IMG/VR virus record: IMGVR_UViG_3300011008_000023
Location: 34,594-98,593 of that record
Origin: a virus
Taxonomy: Duplodnaviria; Caudoviricetes
Length of the DNA stretch: 64,000 nt
Strand: one strand, 5' to 3'
This document shows, piece after piece, positions 59,598-64,000 of the stretch. Each line of letters starts with the position of its first letter. Positions within the stretch are counted from its first letter, which is position 1. The position numbers and the translations under genes are program-made. The notes beneath the pieces are model-generated. The model did no database searches. It was not told where the DNA came from and saw only the letters and a program-made list of their open reading frames with translations.

Positions 59598-59630
59598 GTT
59601 GTCTCTGCTGAATTACTTTACTTATCTTTG
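59598..59630 (+). promoter_or_regulatory. Bacteroidota sigma-A type promoter for the accessory cassette
   Basis: GTTG ... TATCTTTG (59623-59630). Confidence 0.7.
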
Positions 59631-59682
59631 TATCGTAAGCTTACAAAACACGGATGTATAACAATTTAAAGTAATTAAAATT

Positions 59683-60567
59683 ATGGCAGAAGATTCAAAA
59701 ACTTATGTCTTTGGTAATGATTCTCAAGTACCTGCTTGGCTTGCCTATGGTAATAATGGTGGCCTGTTTGGTGGTAATGGTAATGCTTGGGGTGGAGGCT
59801 TAGTTGGTTTTATCCTCGGTCTCTTATTTGGTAATAATGGATTTGGTGGTTTCGGAGGTTTTGGTGGTAATAGCGGAATGGCTGCTGCATCTCTTGGTGC
59901 TCAGGCTACTGCTAATAATAACACTGACCTTATTTTGAATGCTATCAATGGTACTGATGCTGATGTTAGACTGCTTGCTACAACACTCAATGCTGATGTG
60001 AATGAAGTGAAGTCTGCTCTTGGCACTATTAGTACTGGTCTTGCTACTCTTGGCTCTCAAGTAGGCATGTCCTCTCTGCAGGTTGTGAATGCTATCCAAA
60101 GTGGCAATGCTACCCTTAGCAGACAGCTTTGTGAGTGTTGCTGCGAGAATAGACTTCTCACAACTCAGCAAGGTTATGAATCCAGAATTCAAACTATTGA
60201 GCAAACTAATCTTTTAGGCTCACAAGCTGATAGAAACACAAAGTCTATTACTGATGCTATAGCTGCTCAGACAATTGCTATGAATGATGGTTTCTGTGCT
60301 ATTAAGGAAAGAGAGCTGCAATCTAAGATTGACTCCCTGACTGCTCAGAATACTACTCTTAGAGGTCAGATTGATAATGCAAATCAGACAGCACAGATTG
60401 CTGCCTTACTTGCTCCTATTCAGTCTGAAGTTAATGCAATTAAAGCTGCTCAGCCCAATACTGTACCTGTGCAGTGGCCTAACCTTGTAGCTGTTAATAA
60501 CACCCCCTATTCCACAGGTTTCTATGGTTGGGGTTATGGTACTAATGGTGGTTCCTATTGGGGTTAA
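59683..60567 (+). CDS. Gly-rich, 1-TM, coiled-coil protein with CCC motif
   Basis: GG-rich TM region, LCECCCEN and a long heptad coiled coil. Confidence 0.75.
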   Translation: MAEDSKTYVFGNDSQVPAWLAYGNNGGLFGGNGNAWGGGLVGFILGLLFGNNGFGGFGGFGGNSGMAAASLGAQATANNNTDLILNAINGTDADVRLLATTLNADVNEVKSALGTISTGLATLGSQVGMSSLQVVNAIQSGNATLSRQLCECCCENRLLTTQQGYESRIQTIEQTNLLGSQADRNTKSITDAIAAQTIAMNDGFCAIKERELQSKIDSLTAQNTTLRGQIDNANQTAQIAALLAPIQSEVNAIKAAQPNTVPVQWPNLVAVNNTPYSTGFYGWGYGTNGGSYWG

Positions 60568-60584
60568 ATATAGGAGGAAATGTT

Positions 60585-60914
60585 ATGGCAAGATTTCCTT
60601 TTCAATATGTTAACCTTAATGGAATTCCTACAATAGAGGTTAGAAGGATTTCTGTCACAGACACTGCTGTAGATTTCCAGTTTAGACCTGACTTTGATGG
60701 TACACCTTTTAGAGGATTACTTTTGGTGTATGCACCAGATGCAATTCCTACTGGAACTACAGTAACTCTTCCTATTAGATTCTCAATGGCAGGAAATACT
60801 CAAGTATTAACTGTTGCTGGCGGTGCAGAAGTTACTGTTGCTGATTGGGAAGGTATAGGAGTTTACCTTGTGTACTATGACAGATATGCTAATATCTTAC
60901 AGTTAATCAGTTAA
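60585..60914 (+). CDS. hypothetical beta-rich protein
   Basis: ATG at 60585 after AGGAGG. Confidence 0.7.
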   Translation: MARFPFQYVNLNGIPTIEVRRISVTDTAVDFQFRPDFDGTPFRGLLLVYAPDAIPTGTTVTLPIRFSMAGNTQVLTVAGGAEVTVADWEGIGVYLVYYDRYANILQLIS

Positions 60915-60927
60915 AAAATTATTAATT

Positions 60928-61452
60928 ATGTTTCAATCAGTTAGACCAAGTAGTCAAATATATATCTTACATAGAGGAGATACTCCTAGAATCGAAGTTG
61001 GATATGTAACTAATCAACCAATACCAAGGCCAAAGTATCAATTACCAGCAGCTTTTGGCACTCCCCAGGAGATGGTTGTAGATTTAATAGTTAAGGTAAA
61101 TGATATGCCTTTTAACTATAATTCTTTACCTGCTCAATCAGATGTGGCAGATTCATTAAGTAATGGTGAAAATATTGTTATATCTGACAGCAAAGAAGCA
61201 ATGAATGCTGAAATAATTAATCTAAAGCAAAAAAGTATAGATGTAATCAATAGTGTAGAGTTTCATAAGGATTTGGTGAGTAAATATGAGAAATTGCTTT
61301 CTGACATTAATCCTGAATTTGCAGAAAAACAAGAGCAAAAGATGGAGATTGACACCTTGAAGTTACAGATGGCTGAGATGTCTAAGAGTATCTCATCTCT
61401 TATGGAGGCTAATAAGGCACTGATTGAAAGTTTAACACCTAAAAAAGAATAG
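60928..61452 (+). CDS. hypothetical coiled-coil protein
   Basis: MFQSVR...NPEFAEKQ. Confidence 0.75.
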   Translation: MFQSVRPSSQIYILHRGDTPRIEVGYVTNQPIPRPKYQLPAAFGTPQEMVVDLIVKVNDMPFNYNSLPAQSDVADSLSNGENIVISDSKEAMNAEIINLKQKSIDVINSVEFHKDLVSKYEKLLSDINPEFAEKQEQKMEIDTLKLQMAEMSKSISSLMEANKALIESLTPKKE

Positions 61453-61453
61453 T

Positions 61454-61669
61454 ATGAAAATGTGGGAAATTAGAGAAGGTAGTGGTCGCAAAGATGACTA
61501 CAGGGGAAGCTACAGATTTGGTAGAAGAGGCAGCATGGGTATGAGAGATGAGGATGCCTATGAAGAAGGCTATGAGTGTGGCTATGAAGAAGGCTATGCT
61601 AAAGCTATGAAAGATGCCTATTACTCTCATGATAAGGACTCTTATGGTGAAAGAAGAATGTCTAGGTAG
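61454..61669 (+). CDS. low-complexity R/G/Y/E protein
   Basis: YEEGYECGYEEGY. Confidence 0.7.
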   Translation: MKMWEIREGSGRKDDYRGSYRFGRRGSMGMRDEDAYEEGYECGYEEGYAKAMKDAYYSHDKDSYGERRMSR

Positions 61670-61711
61670 TAATTGGGAGTAGTTTATACTACTCCCTTTA
61701 TTTTTAATATT

Positions 61712-62119
61712 ATGAGATTAGATTACAGAGAAAAGTTTCCCTCTGGAATGGAGGAATATTTATCCTTGTATGGATGGCACTTCTCAAAGAAAATGTGTGA
61801 ATGGGCAACATCTAAGATGTACAAAAAAGTTATGGGAAGGAATGAATATATAGACCCCATGACTAAAGAAAGATTAGATGCACTTCTTAAACAATATGGT
61901 ATTACTTTAGAAAAGAATAATGGATATGATGCTGTATATATTGCCAATATGTGTAAAGCAGATTTCTTAGGAAGTTCTATTAGAGATGAGGGTGCCCTTA
62001 TACTTTATGTAAAAGATGTTATTGACGACCCAGATGGTTATGAAGGACTTCCCTTTACTAGATTTTATGCTGATTGTATAGGAAGTGGCACTGTAATATC
62101 TTGGGAAGATATGATATGA
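61712..62119 (+). CDS. hypothetical protein
   Basis: YGWHFSKKMCEWA...DPDGYEG...WEDMI. Confidence 0.75.
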   Translation: MRLDYREKFPSGMEEYLSLYGWHFSKKMCEWATSKMYKKVMGRNEYIDPMTKERLDALLKQYGITLEKNNGYDAVYIANMCKADFLGSSIRDEGALILYVKDVIDDPDGYEGLPFTRFYADCIGSGTVISWEDMI

Positions 62120-62532
62120 TTATACAGGATATATATTTAGAAGATTATGATTGGGATGTAAGGGTATATTATGCTGTTAATCATTACATCCCAGAAATAC
62201 TTGATGACCTTATAACAATGGATTGTGATGAAGAGACATACTATAGAATCAATGACCTAATAAGTGCTGGATTATATAATATAGGATTTACTTATTCAAA
62301 TACAGAAAAGAGAGCATCTTTAATGCTAATAGGAATTACTGATTCTGCAGATGAATTTCAAAGTACATTTGACCATGAGAAGGGTCATTTAGCTATGCAT
62401 ATTTGCAGTGCTTTACATATAGAACCTTTTAGTGAAGAGTATCAATATCTCACAGGAGAAATTGGTAAACAATTATTCAAAGAGGCAAAGAACTTTATGT
62501 GTGAACATTGCAGAAAGAACATATTTGAATAG
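62116..62532 (+). CDS. HExxH metallopeptidase-like protein
   Basis: FDHEKGH...EE; ATGA overlap with the previous gene. Confidence 0.6.
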   Translation: MIIQDIYLEDYDWDVRVYYAVNHYIPEILDDLITMDCDEETYYRINDLISAGLYNIGFTYSNTEKRASLMLIGITDSADEFQSTFDHEKGHLAMHICSALHIEPFSEEYQYLTGEIGKQLFKEAKNFMCEHCRKNIFE

Positions 62533-62537
62533 TAGCT

Positions 62538-62564
62538 GGGGGAGTTTAAGTACTTCCCCTTTTT
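62538..62564 (+). terminator. intrinsic terminator
   Basis: GGGGAGT/ACTTCCC plus a T-tract. Confidence 0.7.
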
Positions 62565-62633
62565 GTATAATAAATATGCTTATATTGTAATAAGAATTTT
62601 TATTATTTTATTTAATTTTTAATAAAATTAACA

Positions 62634-62641
62634 TACCTTTG
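62634..62641 (+). promoter_or_regulatory. -7 box of host-type promoter for capsid genes
   Basis: TACCTTTG 25 nt before the ATG; no clear -33 box. Confidence 0.55.
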
Positions 62642-62666
62642 CACAAAGTTTTAAAAGGAGATTATT

Positions 62667-63815
62667 ATGGAAGTTTTAGGTATTGATAACATTCTAGACC
62701 AAGAAGATATTGAGAATCTTTTTGAAGACGATGTAGAAATTAAAGAAAAAGAAAAATCACAGGAAACTCCTCCTGAACAAAAGGAGAAAAAAGAAACTAC
62801 TGAGGAGTTAAACATCGAAGGTTTATTTGAGGATACTCCAGAGAGCGTAGGTAGTGAAGAGCATCAAGAAGGTGAGGACACCTCTTCCAGAGAGGAAACT
62901 GGTTCTTCTCCTAAAAACAACAACTTCTACTCTTCCATTGCCAAAGCCTTGAAAGAAGATGGTGTCTTCCCTGACCTTGATGATGATACTGCTAATAACA
63001 TAAAGGAAGCAGAAGACTTTGCTGAGGCTATTGAAAAGCAGATTCAATTAAGACTTGATGAAAAGCAAAAGAGAATTGATGAGGCTTTAAATGCTGGAGT
63101 AGAGAATCAAACTATTAAGGAGTTTGAGAACACTATTGCTTACCTTGATAGTATTTCTGAGGACTCACTTTCTGCAGAAGATGAGAATGGTGAACGTCTT
63201 AGAAAGCAGTTGATTTATCAGGATTTAATTAATAAGGGATACACTAAAGAAGAAGCTCAAGAAGAACTTAAAGACATCTTTGACAATGGGTCAGATTTAA
63301 GGAAAGCAAAAAGAGCTCTTACTAGTAACAAAGAATACTTTAAGGCAGGCTATAAGAAAATTATAGATGATGCCAAGGCTGAAGCAGAGAAAGAAGAAGA
63401 AGACAGAAAAAAGCAGGCTAGTGTACTTAAGAAATCAATCCTTGAAGACAAGGAAGTCTTTGGAGAATTGAAGTTAGACAAAGCCACACGTCAAAAGGTG
63501 TATGATAACATTAGTAAACCTGTATATAAAGATAGGGATACTGGTGAATTATACACTGCCCTGCAAAAATATGAAATGGAGAATAAAACTGAATTCTTAA
63601 AGAATGTTGGTTTGCTATTCACCTTAACAGATGGATTCAAAAATCTTGAAGCTTTAACAAAATCCCAAGTCAGAAGAGAAGTAAAGAAGGGGCTTAGAGA
63701 ATTAGAGTACACTCTCAACAATACCTCAAGAACAAGCGATGGTAATTTAAAATTTGTGAGTGGTGTTGGAGAAGACCCAGAATCCTTCATTGGCAAGTGG
63801 GATATTGATATCTAA
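62667..63815 (+). CDS. capsid scaffolding-type protein
   Basis: Very acidic N-terminus and helical body; directly upstream of the major capsid gene. Confidence 0.7.
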   Translation: MEVLGIDNILDQEDIENLFEDDVEIKEKEKSQETPPEQKEKKETTEELNIEGLFEDTPESVGSEEHQEGEDTSSREETGSSPKNNNFYSSIAKALKEDGVFPDLDDDTANNIKEAEDFAEAIEKQIQLRLDEKQKRIDEALNAGVENQTIKEFENTIAYLDSISEDSLSAEDENGERLRKQLIYQDLINKGYTKEEAQEELKDIFDNGSDLRKAKRALTSNKEYFKAGYKKIIDDAKAEAEKEEEDRKKQASVLKKSILEDKEVFGELKLDKATRQKVYDNISKPVYKDRDTGELYTALQKYEMENKTEFLKNVGLLFTLTDGFKNLEALTKSQVRREVKKGLRELEYTLNNTSRTSDGNLKFVSGVGEDPESFIGKWDIDI

Positions 63816-63856
63816 ACAAATTCACAAGTTCAATTAATAATTAATCAAACAAATTT

Positions 63857-64000
63857 ATGGCTGGAAAGTTAAATAAATTTCAGATGGTTGGCTTCCAACA
63901 CTGGAAGGGCCTGACTAAGGAGAATCACCTTGGGTCTATCTTTCAGTTAGCTCCTCAGAAAGCCTCCAATCTTATGGTGCAACTGCTTGCTTACTACAGA
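63857..64000 (+). CDS. major capsid protein (3'-truncated by window)
   Basis: MAGKLNKFQMVGFQHWKGLTKENHLGSIFQLAPQKASNLMVQLLAYYR, recognised from memory as a crAss-like major capsid N-terminus. Confidence 0.85.
   Translation, partial: MAGKLNKFQMVGFQHWKGLTKENHLGSIFQLAPQKASNLMVQLLAYYR

Noticed and set aside
2409-63796. Many antisense or out-of-frame ORFs in the track (e.g. 2409-3164, 23725-24228, 25592-26257, 59824-60204)
   Set aside because: They are shadows of well-supported genes on the other strand or frame.
1-64000. Stop-codon reassignment as seen in some crAss-like phages
   Set aside because: Long genes are intact under the standard code, and TAG and TGA serve as stops at tight gene junctions.

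Overview
An AT-rich 64-kb section of a crAss-like phage genome (order Crassvirales). The major capsid N-terminus MAGKLNKFQMVGFQHWKGLT, as I recall it, resembles phiCrAss001/Steigviridae. Repeated TAnnTTTG promoters point to a Bacteroidota host. The standard genetic code is used throughout. Layout: (1) 1-6153 (+) holds the ends of the giant virion cargo/RNA-polymerase genes. (2) 6214-46160 (-) is the early/replication arm: thyX, a phosphoesterase, polA split by a 265-nt ORF-less group I intron, dUTPase, nrdDG, nucleases, UDG, a complete Ubl-E2-JAB-E1 ubiquitin-like module, primase, SSB, Sak4-like ATPase, DnaB, an SF2 helicase, a GMP reductase, an inserted tail fibre/spike pair and tRNA-Leu. (3) 46379-64000 (+) is the late arm: endolysin, u-spanin, a DnaQ-like exonuclease, three tRNAs, terminase, portal, an accessory cassette, scaffold and the start of the major capsid gene. 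The most novel-looking element is at ~40970-42850. A Ro60/TROVE-like (DUF2828-type, vWA) gene is followed by four small hairpin units with covarying stems, an invariant UACAGCAA motif and variable 34-43-nt loops. These are interleaved with long-stem hairpins complementary to some loops, and a leader hairpin upstream of the gene carries the complementary UGCUGU. This is a candidate protein-plus-RNA-array system. Other highlights are three copies of a 32-bp motif ahead of the earliest genes, a structured candidate ncRNA at 48176-48311 and a decayed duplicate two-gene cassette. All protein assignments come from motif recognition, not database searches.
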